NCBI RefSeq assembly: GCF_036321535.1
Contig: NC_087436.1
Span: forward strand, 96,908,001 to 96,972,000
Length of the DNA stretch: 64,000 bases
Source: Camelus dromedarius
Taxonomy: Eukaryota
Direction of reading: 5' to 3'
This document shows, one piece after another, positions 37,710 to 50,075 of the stretch (its first letter is position 1; each line of letters begins with the position of its first letter). The position numbers and the translations under genes were made by a program. The notes below the pieces were generated by a model. The model saw nothing but the letters and a program-made list of their open reading frames with translations. It made no database searches and was not told where the DNA came from.

Positions 37710-39554
37710 CATGAAATTATATGTAGATAGATAAATAGATTTTAAAAACTCACAAGGATACTTAAACCTTTGATAAGAATCTGCTTCTTCCATCTTATTC
37801 TGAGTCTTTGAAATCTGAGGCATGCTTCCCTAAGTTTCTTGGCTCATTCTTTTCTATTCTAACAGATGTTATTCCTAGCCATGACCCTTCATCAAGAAGG
37901 CAAATATTATCTACCTGAGTCTTTTGACATAATCAGATCCTAGTTTTGAATCTGCGGTTATCACTAGGATATTTATCTGGATGACATTTCCTAGAAATTC
38001 TGAGCAATTATCTTTACTTGAATGTTGAAAAAAATGGAAGGTGGACAGCTCTAGGTACTTTTATTCAGCAGTGTAATCCAAGGAAAAATAGAATGTGAAA
38101 TGACATATTCTTTCTCATTGGTATTTTATTCATCCTTGTCCATCAATTACAGCCAGAAGTTGAATTGCAAAATTGAGAACTATTTGATTATAAGAGGTAT
38201 TTGAATATGGGGAAACTAGACATAAATGCCACAGAAATTGGACATTGGATCAAATATTCTAAGTAATGGCACCATCTAAAGGCATAAGTCAAATCTGCAT
38301 AACCTACTGATTCTTATTCTCTGAACAGAAAGAAGAGCTTTTTTTGGCATAAGAAAAAGTGAAACTTCACAAACTGTATTAGCTGGTAGCAGATATGACA
38401 ATTGATGTTTACATGTCTATAAATTACTGCTCTTTTCCTTATCTCCATGAAAAGAGATGAGTTATTAATTTTTTAAAGAGTATTGCCAGGCACTGTGAAA
38501 AGCCCATGAAATAAACACATTGACACAACAGTGTTTTAATTAGAATCCTCCAGCTCTAGTAGAGAAAAATAGACAACAAACTTTAAATTTTATGTGCTAA
38601 ATTTTATAAAACATATGTTGACAAAATGCCATGGGATCACTGGTGCCAGTGTCTTAATTCTACCTGGGACACTGGGAAAGTATTCCTAACATTTTATTTG
38701 GTTCTTGAAAGGAAGCAGTTTCCAGACAAAGAAAAGACAGACATTCTTGGCATAAAAGCAAAAAGGTAAAGGCATCAAGGGCTGACCAAGCAGAGATGTT
38801 CAGGAGTTGCAGTAAGTTCAATAGGACTACAGAGCAGGGTTCATGGTTTGAAGTTTCAGGAAAAGAGGATGGAAAATCAGGTGGAGCTGCTCTGTACCTG
38901 AGGTCTTTTAAGCCACATGAAACAGTTCACATTTAATCTTTGAGCCACTGACAAGCCACAGATATGTCTAATAACTTTATTGTGTTTTAAATTAGGACAT
39001 GTTCATTTAAAAATTAGAACATTCCTGAGATATACCTAAGAAAATAAAATCACCAGTTTTCTAAACCACTCAGGGATAACCACTAGCAATATTTATGGGC
39101 AGTTTTTCCAGGCTGTTTGATAAATACACACACTCACACACATACACACATACACACACTCACAAGAATGTAATACATGTGGTGTTTTGTCTCTAGCTTT
39201 TTCTACTTACAAACATATTGAATATAAAGCTCCAATGTAATGAGTAGAGTTGTACATTATTGTTTCTTAAAAGATACATGATACTGTATAAATAATGGAC
39301 GTTAAAAGTATTGTCAACAGTGTAGCAGTGGCATTATCAAATTTGATTTTTAGAAAGAGAACTCTGACAAGAGTGTGGAAGATCTATTTGGGTGAGTGAG
39401 AAATGGTAGTCAAACCACCCATTTGGTTGCTATGAGAATAGACTAGATGATTGAAGATGAGGCCTGGAAGTAATGTGAAGACTAGGAAATTAGAAAAGAA
39501 AAGCTAGGTCTAAGAGATACAGCAAAGGCAGAATTCACGTTGCTTCCAAACCAG

Positions 39555-40722
39555 TGTAGGAAGCAAAGGGTTACAAAGCAAGCCAGGGTTGCTTGAAACC
39601 CTGAGCATTCAAAAGAAAAGCATGACTTCAGGGCTGACCCTTGGGCAGCTCCTAGGAGATAACCTCCCAGCCCTTGGAATATTCTGCCTAAGAAGAGTGT
39701 TTTTGTTTGCCTGAGGTCTTGATGTCTTTTCCTGAGGTTGAGTAAGCATGAGGAGGGGGATGGGGTGTTGGAGTCAAAGTGGCTGCATACTTACAAGACT
39801 GACCCCCAGTAAAAACCCTGGACACCATGGCTTGGATGAGCTTTCATAGTTAGCCACACTTCGCAGATTGTTGGGAGAATTAAGTGCATCTTCATTAATG
39901 CACATTAAGTGTACTACTTCACTGGAAGAGGAGGCTTAGACATTTGCTCCTTGTTTCTCCTAGGCTTTAGACAAGTGCATTTTCCCTTGGCTGATTTTAA
40001 TCTATGTCTATATGATGCAGGAAAACAGATGTGGGGCATGAGGAAGGCCATGTCCTAGGTCTCTGTTGAGCCCCTGGGACGTGCCTCACCAAGTGTGGGT
40101 CCTTGGCTTCATGCAGGAAAGAATTCAAGAGCTAGCCACAGTTGAGTGAAGGTAGATTTATTCAGAGAGATGCATTGAAAGGCAAGAGAAAGGCCAGAGG
40201 TGTGGGGGTTGGGTGCTCAGATTGAAAGTAGGTACACATTCAAAGAGGGAGAGAGAGAGAGGCAGCCCCGAGTCTTGGTATTGCTGATTTTTATGGGCTT
40301 GGTGGCTTCATAGCTAATAAGTGGAAGGACCAGTTTAACTAGCCTGGGGAAGGGGCTGGGATTCCCAGGAAGCTGGCCATTTCCCACTCTTTGACCTTTT
40401 GTGGCTAGCCTTGAGACTGCCTTGGTGCCTGTGGGCATGTTACTCACCATGTTAATATATTACAATGGGCTATAATGAAGCTCAAGGTCTGCTAGAAGTT
40501 AAATCTCTCATCATCTTGAGCCTCAAGGCCTATTGGGGGTTGAATTCTTCACCATTTTGATGTTAATTGTTGTGGCATTCCTTGAATGGCTGTGTCCTGC
40601 CCCCTTCCTGTCTCAATTTTACTGTGATAAACCATAGACAAGAGTATAATCATTTTTCTGAGTCCTGCATGTCCTTTTAGCAAATCCTGGAGCCTATGAG
40701 TGATCTTGGAGTCCCTGACACA
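39555..40722 (+). mobile_element. MER21-type solo LTR, interrupted by a younger LTR
   Basis: TGTAGG...CCCCAGTAAAAACCCTGGACACC...TTGGCTGATTTTAATCT, resuming at about 40616 with ACTGTGATAAACCATAG...GTCCCTGACACA. Confidence 0.8.
40013..40615 (-). mobile_element. Younger ERV solo LTR nested in the MER21-type LTR
   Basis: TG...CA ends (TGATGCAGG...CCTGTCTCA), reverse polyadenylation signal TTTATT at about 40157 and reverse TATA-like TTTTATG at about 40290. Confidence 0.8.
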
Positions 40723-41097
40723 GAGGGTGGTAGAGAATTCAGAGTCATGTCTCCTGGGAAACCAAGGGAGATAGGTGCTGTTGACTAAAAATGGGAATCA
40801 CAGGAGAAACAGCAAATATGAATTTGTGAAAACCAGGATAAAGAATTCAGTGTTAAACATGGTAAGATTAAATTATTAAAGTAGAAGAAGAACCATAGTG
40901 CTCAAAAGAAAATGAATACATTTAAAATTGGGGGATTATATACAGTAAAATACAACAGATCAATATAGTTACACAACAGATCAAGATGCAGAATATTTCT
41001 ATCACTCCATAAACTTTCCCAAGGTCCCTCTCTAGTTACTGTCATCACCTGAGGGAACCTCTGGTTTTGCCTCTATAACAACAGGTTAGTTTAATCA

Positions 41098-41243
41098 GGG
41101 GAGAATATAGCTCAAATGGTAGAGTACATGCTTAGCATGCACCTGGGTTCAGTCTCCAGTACCTCCTCTAAAAAAGGAAAGGAAGAAAGAAAGCTAATTA
41201 CATCCTCCCCAAAAAAGGATTTTAAAAAATAAATTTTTAAAAA
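41098..41243 (+). mobile_element. tRNA-Ala-derived SINE of camelid type (vic-1-like)
   Basis: Head GGGGAGAATATAGCTCAAATGGTAGAGTACATGCTTAGCATGCAC-CTGGGTTCAGTCTCCAGTACCTCC resembles tRNA-Ala(AGC) with A and B boxes. A-rich tail. TSD ACAGGTTAGTTTA (41081-41093) and ACAAGTTAATTTA (41244-41256). Confidence 0.85.
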
Positions 41244-41404
41244 ACAAGTTAATTTAGAATCATGCATTATAATCTTTCTGTGACCACCTTCTTTTGCTTA
41301 ACATTATGTCCAAAAGATTCATCCATATCTTTACATGTATGATTAATGCGTTCCTTTTTATTGCTGAGTGCTATTCCATTGTAAGAATAAATGATAAACA
41401 ATCT

Positions 41405-41848
41405 TGTGTCAGGCTGAATAATGAACTCCCCACGATGTCTGTGTTCTCATACCTAGAACCTGTGATTTGTTACCTTATATTCAAAAGGGACTTTGCAGAT
41501 GTAATTAAGTTAAGGACCTTGAGCTGAGAAATTATTCTGCATTATTCTGGTGGGTCCAGCATGATCACAAAAATCCTTATAAGAGGAAAGTGGGAGGTGA
41601 AAATAAGGACAAGTTGATGTGATGTTGGAAGCACAGATTGAAGTGACACAGCCAAGAGCTAAGAATGTCACAGCCTCTACAAGCTAATACTTTGGAACCT
41701 CCAGAAGGAACTAGCCTTTCTGACACCTTGGTTTTAGCCCTAAATGACCCATTTTAAGCTCCTGACTTTTAGAATTATAAGAGAATAAATTTATATTTTA
41801 AGTTACTAAGCTTTGGTAATTTGTTGTAGCAGTAGGAAAATCCTAACA
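41405..41848 (+). mobile_element. MLT1C/D-like MaLR solo LTR
   Basis: TGTGTCAGGCTGAATAATG...AAAAGGGACTTTGCAGATGTAATTAAGTTAAGGA...CCTCCAGAAGGAAC...TAACA. Confidence 0.85.
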
Positions 41849-42129
41849 CGTTTTTATCTATTCTTCTACAAATGGACATTAAGACTACTTCAATTTTGGG
41901 ACAATAATGAGTAACATTCCTATGAACGTTTTGCACAATGCTTTTTTTGTGGAAAAATTTACTTATCTTGAGAAGAGAGTATAAGAATAAAACTTCTGGG
42001 TCATGAAATAGTTGTATGATTATGTTACTAGAAACAGATAATTTTCCAAAGTGGTTTTACCATTTCATACTCTCACCAGTTGCTCCACATCTCCATAAGT
42101 ATTTGACAGTTTTAGGTTTTTGAAAACCT

Positions 42130-42445
42130 AAAATCTCCATTCCTTTGAAATGTCTCACCACCTTCAGACCCCAATTTCCAAAGCCCTACATTCCATTTTA
42201 CACTTAACTCAGGAATTGTCTCCTCTAGGAAATTGTCCTTGATCCTCCCAGTTTCTTCTTTATCAGCTATCTCCTTAATGCCCTATCCCTTTTTTTTTGT
42301 TACCAAACTTACTATAGTCTATAATTATATGTTTGTGTCTCTCCTCACATTTTGAACATCTGGAAATCAGTGACTCTGTTAGTCATATGTTAAACAGTAT
42401 AAAGCTTATGGCTAACATGCAAATATTTGTTGAATAAATAAATAA
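42130..42445 (+). mobile_element. L2 3' end relic
   Basis: Ends AAATATTTGTTGAATAAATAAAT, with upstream TCCTCTAGGAAATTGTCCTTGA. Confidence 0.6.
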
Positions 42446-45369
42446 AAGACAAAACTAAACTTAAAAAAATCATATTGCTAGTAGTTATTACTTCCATAAT
42501 TCCTACTTTCCAGAATTCAATGAGTAGTGTAATTAATGTAGTCTAAAAACAAGTTTAAAAAAAAAATCCTGGATAGTTTGGGAGAGTAGAAGGGCACTGT
42601 CTACAATGACAAACTAATTGTAATGATTTAACTTTATGTTGAATTTGATATTAATGAAAACATCTCTGACCTTTCTGTGCTTTTATAGAAGTCTCTTCAT
42701 ATTTGCATAAGGTCCTTGTAACAAAGAAATATTTTTCTTTTGATATGTATGTTTGTCTCTGGATAATATACACTCCTTAAGTCAGTTTTCAGGTTTTTTT
42801 GGTTTCTGGTCTTTTGATGCTGCAAAGTAGGTGTTCAATAAATCCTTGTTAAATGGGATTTTTGTTGTTGCTAGATCATTGACCAGGCAATGCCTGAGCA
42901 GGATCTAGCCTGACAAATGTTATCATCTGACATTAATTCCTAGGCCAGCTCTGTTTTGTCCCCCCAAAAAAGTCAATAAACAAGCAACAAACTAAAGGCA
43001 GAAATATACCAGAAACTAGACTTCCTAGAGAGCATGGCCATAATCCTGTTGCCAGCTGTTAACCTTGTATTAGTCTCAGGGAAAGAAAAGGTTTCTCCTC
43101 ACTTGCGGTAAACATCATGTTCTCCCTCAACAGGAAGAGAGTAGGCTGCTGGGTATTGTCCCACCCAAGTAAATGCAGTTCTGCTTTGAATTAGAAAAAT
43201 TCCAGCTGGGGTTCAAGCATGGGAATTCCTTTTGGATAGAGCTAAACTCTCACCCTTCTCTGCACCAAGACACAATGACTTTATCCATTTACTCATTCAT
43301 TAAGTTACATATATTGAAGCCTCTACAGCAAATACTCAGTAAGCACAGCAGGCAAAGGAAATTAAAAGACCCATATATGGCTTTTGAAATGAATACTAAT
43401 AACTAGTATACAAATAACTGCTAGCATTATTTTCTTTCCATGTCGCCTTAATCTATTTACTGCTAATAATTTCACCTTAAGAGTTAGCAAAAGGGAGAAG
43501 TTTGAAGCAAGCAAGATCTAAATTTATCATTTACTTTTCTTCAAACACATCCTCATTATTTTTCTCGTCCTGCAAATGTCAGAATACAATTGTTCTATTT
43601 TCACATGTTTGCTCCAGGAGGAATTCTCTTTCCACCTTTGGTTCTTTAGTGCTTTGACCCATTACTTCCATCCGCTTGCTACTTGTTTCCTTCTGTCATC
43701 TTGCTCTGAAAGACTCCCTTCTCTCCTTGAATAGCTCTTTTTCCTACAACTTCAGAACCACTGAGCTAGCTATATCTGGAGGAAATGCTTTTAAAAGGCT
43801 TATTTATTAAAGCTGTTCTGCCATTTCTAGATGATAAGTGTGACTGGGTTAAAGAATTTAAAGTAGGCCACCAAGCAATATTTTTGCCAATCCAAGCCAA
43901 TTTCTGACAATTTCCAAACATTTCTGACAACAAAATTGAGCTTGAAAAAATAAAAAATAAACCTCTTAATGCTCAGTGTTGGCAGAGTGTGAATGCTAAA
44001 TGGGGATGTGAGAAAAGATTTGTCATAATTCTCCTACTCAAAATTGATAGTGTACTAGAGTGAACTCCTGGTGTTATTAATGATATTTTTTCTGGAGTTT
44101 GACCTAACAAAACAAGTAAGGCAAACTCTTGATGTATCCTAAAAATAAAATCATAATAAAACTTTAAGTTTAAGGTAAAAATATAGTTTATTTGTCTTAT
44201 CGATCATAAACCAATCATATTTAACAAATGGGAGAATAGAATGTTTCTAAACACATGGGCATGTTGAATTACTCTCAGATAATACATAGGGTACTTATTG
44301 AGTGTCTAATCTAGTATAGATACTTTGATAAGTGCACCTAACTCACAGAGGCAGAAAAAATAGACATGAGCAGTTTTATGTAAGCAGTAGGATATGTGAC
44401 TCAACTAAAAGTACACAACTCCTGGTAGAGTTTTCATAGATTTTCTCCCCATTCAGGGCACCAAGAACATTGGATATGTAATTTGAGAAGTGCTACAGTA
44501 TATTTTATTATTTTTGAGGAATAATCGGTTAATAATAACCTTGCTTCTACTGCATAAGTCTTTTCAGAAAATGTGTTGGTTCATACTTATGATTACCAAG
44601 CATAAAATCAACACATGGTATATTTTTTAATTATTTTGTGTACGTTCCTCTAAAAATCAAACAATATAGAATAATCATATAGGGTCATTTTTCTGGAGAG
44701 CCTCAGTGTGCCAAGTGTGATTTCAGTTTCAAGACCAAAAACAGGAAAGGTGAGAGGAGTGACAGAGGTATGTCCTGGTTGTGATAACTTCCTAACAGTG
44801 GGCACCGCACAGGAGGACAGGTCATACAGGGCACAGTTGTGCTGCAGAGTTCCTTTCATAATTGTATGCTGCACAGGCAAATTTACTATTCCCTTGGATT
44901 CCTTATATCAGCTGTTTTACATATTCTTCAGTTAGGAGGTCCGGAGTGGAGCATGAGACTTACTACTTAGACGACTGTTCCAATGGAAAAGTCAAACTTA
45001 ATCTCTTTGATACTTGGTTTTCCATCAGTAAAATGATGAGATCATATTTGACAACTCAGAAAGTCTGGTCCAACCTTCGATAAACTAGAAGATATACAAA
45101 TCTGCACACAGACATTTAATCATATGAACAAACTTGTGTATCAAGACATTGTCTGGCCACTGCCCAGGTAGACAACACTGTTCCTACACACTTCTGTTAT
45201 ATTCATGAATGTGTTTACTGCATGACCGAGAAAAAGGGATGCAAATTTTAAAGATAAACTTTATCATGAGCCAAAGATGAGGAAGCAGACCTGGAGAAGG
45301 GAGCCAGAATTCTGTCTTCTCCCTCAGGACTAATTTTTAGCAATTGTATGAAACTCTGGCTTCACAAGG

Positions 45370-45755
45370 AACAATTTTGGAGAACAGAGTGACAAAGTGT
45401 GGAACAGAGAATCTAATGAGCTATTAGCAGATGTGGCACAAGCAGAAGCTTGAAAGGAACTTGTTAACTGTTCACATCTTGCACCTGTGCCATTTCTAGA
45501 AGAAACTACTCCCAGTCTATCTAACTGGACCCTGGAAAAGAAAGAGAAAGGTGTGGAGTTGTCCTAGCTAAGCCCATCCCAGCTGACCTCCAGCCAACCA
45601 ATAACCAATAGCAGAGTCTCCCAGCCCCACCCAACCTAGATCATCTATCCCCCAGCTGAGGTACATAGTCAAGAAAATATGATTGTTAATTTAAGCCATT
45701 GGATTTTGGGGTGGATTTTAATGCAACATTTTCTGTGGCAATAGCTGTTTCCACA
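45370..45755 (+). mobile_element. Old MLT1-type LTR relic, followed by a MIR 3' part to about 45880
   Basis: AAGCAGAAGCTTGAAA...TTTAAGCCATTGGATTTTGGGGTGG...GGCAATAGCTG, then the MIR motif ACCTCACAGGGAGATTGTGAAGATTAAATG. Confidence 0.6.
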
Positions 45756-47446
45756 TTTGTGAAACAGATAATAACCACTCATACCTCACAGGGAGATTGT
45801 GAAGATTAAATGGGTTGATTTATGTAAAGGCTCAGAAGAAATCTGACATCTAGAAAGCACTAAGTATGTTTGTTATTATTTTTTGAATGAAAAATAGTAT
45901 ATACCCAGAGATTTTTAGGTAATTTGCTCAAGAAAAATTGATAGTAAATGATTGAAATCTGTTTTTGATTTTACTAGACTACCTCAAATATCTAAAATTT
46001 TGAACATTCAGAATGTATTAGAAAATTGGAGAACATCACTAATGGAAACTATTCTTGGGAAATGAAACAGGTCATAATATAAACAGCATGGGTTGTGAGT
46101 CAGATAGAATTTAAACCCATTCAATAAACATTTAAGTATTCTGTGGGGGCCACTCTGCTGAGCATGAGGGATGTAAAAATATATATTCAAGAGGGTTTCT
46201 TTCTTTTTTTTGCTTGAAAATTGTACTTTAACTTCTGCAATCAGATTTGATGCAGTGAGATACAAGTATAAAATCTCATTGTATAAACAGAAAATAAAAA
46301 GCACATTTATATAGATTTAGCCCAACAGTTTATTCCTGTAAAAAAAAAGTTTGAATGTAATGAAAGCTACTTTATCTTCAGTGTAAAAAATTGGAGATAT
46401 AAACAAATTCAAGATAATATATACAGCAAATTAATGTACATTTCCAAACATGCTCAGTGCAGAATTTTAAACAAAGTAAATAGCCTCATTTCAGCTTTTA
46501 CTGTTAAGTGTAAACCACATCTCAATCTTGAATTAAAATGTCACAATATATAAACTCACTGCAAATTCTGTACACAAATACAAGTTTATAGACATCTGAC
46601 TTCAAATATAAATACATAAATTGTCATGACCTTACATTTATAACAGCTTATTTTTCTATTGTAATTTTTTAAGAAATTTAAAAACAATTTCAATGCACAT
46701 TCAACTGCCCTGACAGGGGCCATGACCTTGTGACTTTGAACCATACTTCATGAAATGTAAAGCATCACACCAGGCATTTTTGGAACAAAAATTACTAAGA
46801 TCCTAAGTCTGAAGAGGCTACTGTGTACATATTCCTGTTATAATACGGTAACAAAATTAGTTAGCTCCATAGTGTATCTAGAAGGCAGTGCTAGTTTAAG
46901 AAGGCCCACAGAATGTATGCGAGGTTGGCCAGTGAACTAGGGTATTTTTTTAAGTCTCTATTGCAAACCTAACACTGACCTTACTGGTGAGACTTTAAAG
47001 GCAACAAACACTGGGCATGTGTTTGTCTCCCAGATGCATGAATCTTAACTCCTCAACCTCCATGAACTTAACAGACCAACAGGGCATGGGGAGGACAGCA
47101 AAGCAATTTCTTGTGTGTACAAAAGACCATTCAGTGCAAAAAGAGAAACTCTTTGTCAATAGTTTCAAAATTTTTTATTGCCCTTGAGCAACGGAAAGTT
47201 TTTCTACGCAGGTGACACTCAAATTCGGATCTATACTGAAGAGCAGATATATTTAAAAGGCAAGTGTCAGACATGAAACATTCTGAGATTTCTCCACCTT
47301 CCTTTTGTGGAATTTAACAGGTTTCCATAGAAAATGAAGAAAACTAGTCCTTACCAATTGTACTTTCCTGTATTTAAAAATATATATATTGTTTAGACAG
47401 CAGATCTAAGAAGGTTACCAGGCATGGTCAAGTTTCTTCTGTGGCT

Positions 47447-48100
47447 TATTTATTTATTTATTTATTTTATTTATTTTTTTTTTTTTTATTTTTTTTTTTT
47501 ACTGAAGTATAGTTGATTTACAATGCTGTGTTAGTTTCTGGTGTATAGCAAAGAGATTCAGTTTTACATATATATTCTTCTTTATTATAGGTTATTACAG
47601 ATATTGAATATAGTTCCCTGTGCTATATAGTAGGACCTTGTTTTTTATCTATTTTATATATAGTAGTTTGTATCTGCTAATCCCAAGTTCCTAATTTATC
47701 CTTCCCCCACTTTTCCCCTTTGGTAACCCCTTTTTTACATCTGTGAGTCTATTTCTGTTTTGTAAATAAGCTCATTTGTATCATTTTTTAGATTCCACAT
47801 ATAAGTGATATCATATAATATTTGTCTCTCTCTATCTGACTTAACTTCATTTAGTATGATAATCTCTAGGTCCACCTAAGTTGCTGCAAATGGCATTATT
47901 TCATTCTTTTTATGGCTGAATAATATTCCATTGTATATATATGTCACATCTTCTTTTTCCAGTCATGGACATTTAAGTTTATTCCATGTCTTGGCTGTTA
48001 CAAATTGTGCTGGTCTAAACTTTGGGGTGCATGTACTTTTCAATCTAGAGTTTTCTCCAGATGCATACCCAGAAGTGGGATTGCTGGATTGTATGGTAAT
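47447..48100 (-). mobile_element. 5'-truncated artiodactyl-type L1 3' end with long A-tail
   Basis: (TTTA)n/poly-T tail at 47447-47500, followed by ACTGAAGTATAGTTGATTTACAAT... through GGGATTGCTGGATTGTATGGTAAT. Confidence 0.92.
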
Positions 48101-48189
48101 TTAAATCACTGAGGTCCTATGTAATAACCATCACTTCTGATATTCTGTCTTCAATAACAACAAAGAAGAGACCAATCCCTTCCTCTGAC

Positions 48190-48370
48190 ACCTACTATCA
48201 GAGTGATCTTGATTACCCTTAGTTAATTTTCTAAGTAATCAATTTTCTAAGTCTTAGTTTCCTCACCTGTGAAATTAGGACAATATTACCTGTCCCCGAT
48301 AGGGTTTTGTGAGGTTTGAATGCAATGGCATATGTAGCAGACAAGGGCTGTTGCATCCTAGGCAGTGATA
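48190..48370 (+). mobile_element. MIR SINE relic
   Basis: CTTAGTTTCCTCACCTGTGAAATTAGGACAATATTACC...ATAGGGTTTTGTGAGG. Confidence 0.7.
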
Positions 48371-49870
48371 AGATACTAGTTTATCTTCTCTCCCTTTTTT
48401 TGTTTCCTGTCTCATGAGAGTACTCTCACAGCTCTTTATGTATCTTTTAAAGACTGAGTAAAATTAAATTTCTTCACAATACCTCACAAGAGAAGAGACT
48501 TAATTAAGAAAGATGCTTTGGGAAAATCACTTAAGTACAGTCAATTGTAATTATGGAATCCAAATCCCAAAAGTAAATAAAAACAATTTAATCAAAATTA
48601 AGTTGTGTGAAGACACACAATTGTTTTCATTTAGACTTCATGGTATTGAATATTGAGCATACCTGTTCTTACCTCATCCCCATCTCCAACCCTAAAAACT
48701 GGAGAAAGAACAGATTATCACTTCAAGAGATATTTTATTGAGAAGAACTTTATTCTGTAGAATGGGCCATTCTTTCTCCATTTCCTTCCTTGAACACAGT
48801 TCTGACATCTGGAGTTTCCATAATCATCTTAAGCCAAAAAGAAATGGGCAGTTATAGGCCAGAGAAAGGACTCAGCTCCTTGATAATATCAAGGGATGAT
48901 ATTCTAAATATTTAAAAATAATTGCCACATGGCCAACAATCATTCAGAAAAGAGATTAGACTGAAATGGAGGATGGCCAGTTCACTAGACTTTACAAACC
49001 CCTGAGCATCAGCTCTGAATTCACTGATATGTTATAATGAATTTGGACTGGACCTTCAAACTTCTTAAGCAACTCTTTGGTATACTTTTCCTTGCAGCTG
49101 AAAGCAGTCTTAATAGAAACAAATGCACTATCAGAATCCACAAATAATGCAGCACTATGAAAAAGGATTATGTAAATGGTTTTTTAACAGAATTTTTAAT
49201 AGAAAAATATTTACATAAAATGTAAAAAAGGAACTATTAGCAACATCTACTTGACTAGCAGCCCTTAATAAAATTGAAATGCCTCATATGAACACATCCT
49301 CTGAGAAAGGCAAATTAAGTCAGTATTTTAAACACCATTGCTTTGTAAACATTTTTAATCTTTTAGGGATTTTCAAAAATAAAAAATAAAAATGAAGAAA
49401 AGAGATCTGCTTTTCAATTGTGTGCTCATAGTCAACAATGCTGTAATGTGCACTTCAAATTTTGTTGAGAGCATGGATCTCATGAGTTCTTATAATAATA
49501 AAAAAAAAAGAAGAGTTTAAGTCAAATAAGTGATTATTTGAAGAATAGTTAAATTCAGTCAAACATCTAGATAACAATCAGTGGTTAATAATGGTAAAAT
49601 AAAACCCAAATGTCACAATACCTTCCCACAATTTCTCTCTATACCTCAGGACTCTTTGTTATGAATGTATTACTTCAGCTAACATTCAGCACTAGATGCA
49701 TATGTATTATTTAAAGCACCAAGAACAGTGCCTGATACATAGTAAGAACTGCATGATTCTTAGCTCCATTTCACTTTTTCTTTAATTTTAATTTTAATTT
49801 TTTATAGAATGAAAGATTCTTTAAATTCTATATTGCTTTGCAGTTTTCAAAAGTTTCACACAGATGATTT

Positions 49871-50075
49871 TGAGGTTTCTCAAAAATAAAGTTAGAACTA
49901 CCATATGACCCAGTAATTCTACTCCTGGATATAGATCCAAAAAGAAACAAAAACACTAATTCTAATAGATACATGTGCCCCAAAGTTCAGAGCAGCATTA
50001 TTTACAGTTGCCAAGGTATGGAAGCAAACCAAGTGTCCATCAACAGATGATGGATAAAGAAGATGTGGTATATAT
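49871..50075 (+). mobile_element. Isolated L1 ORF2 C-terminal fragment without 3'UTR
   Basis: TAGAACTACCATATGACCCAGTAATTCTACTCCTGGATAT...GGATAAAGAAGATGTGGTATAT is homologous to 55790-56010. Confidence 0.85.

Larger units (their letters stand above)
40920..42110 (-). mobile_element. Ancient L1 3' region (L1ME/MD-like) hosting a SINE and an LTR
   Basis: Antisense L1 3' motifs (GATCAAGATGCAGAATATTTC, AGATTCATCCAT, TTTTCCAAAGTGGTTTTACCATTT). Confidence 0.7.

Noticed and set aside
41098..41168. Possible tRNA-Ala gene
   Set aside because: It lacks variable-loop bases, has stem mismatches, and carries an A-rich tail and TSD, so it is a SINE.
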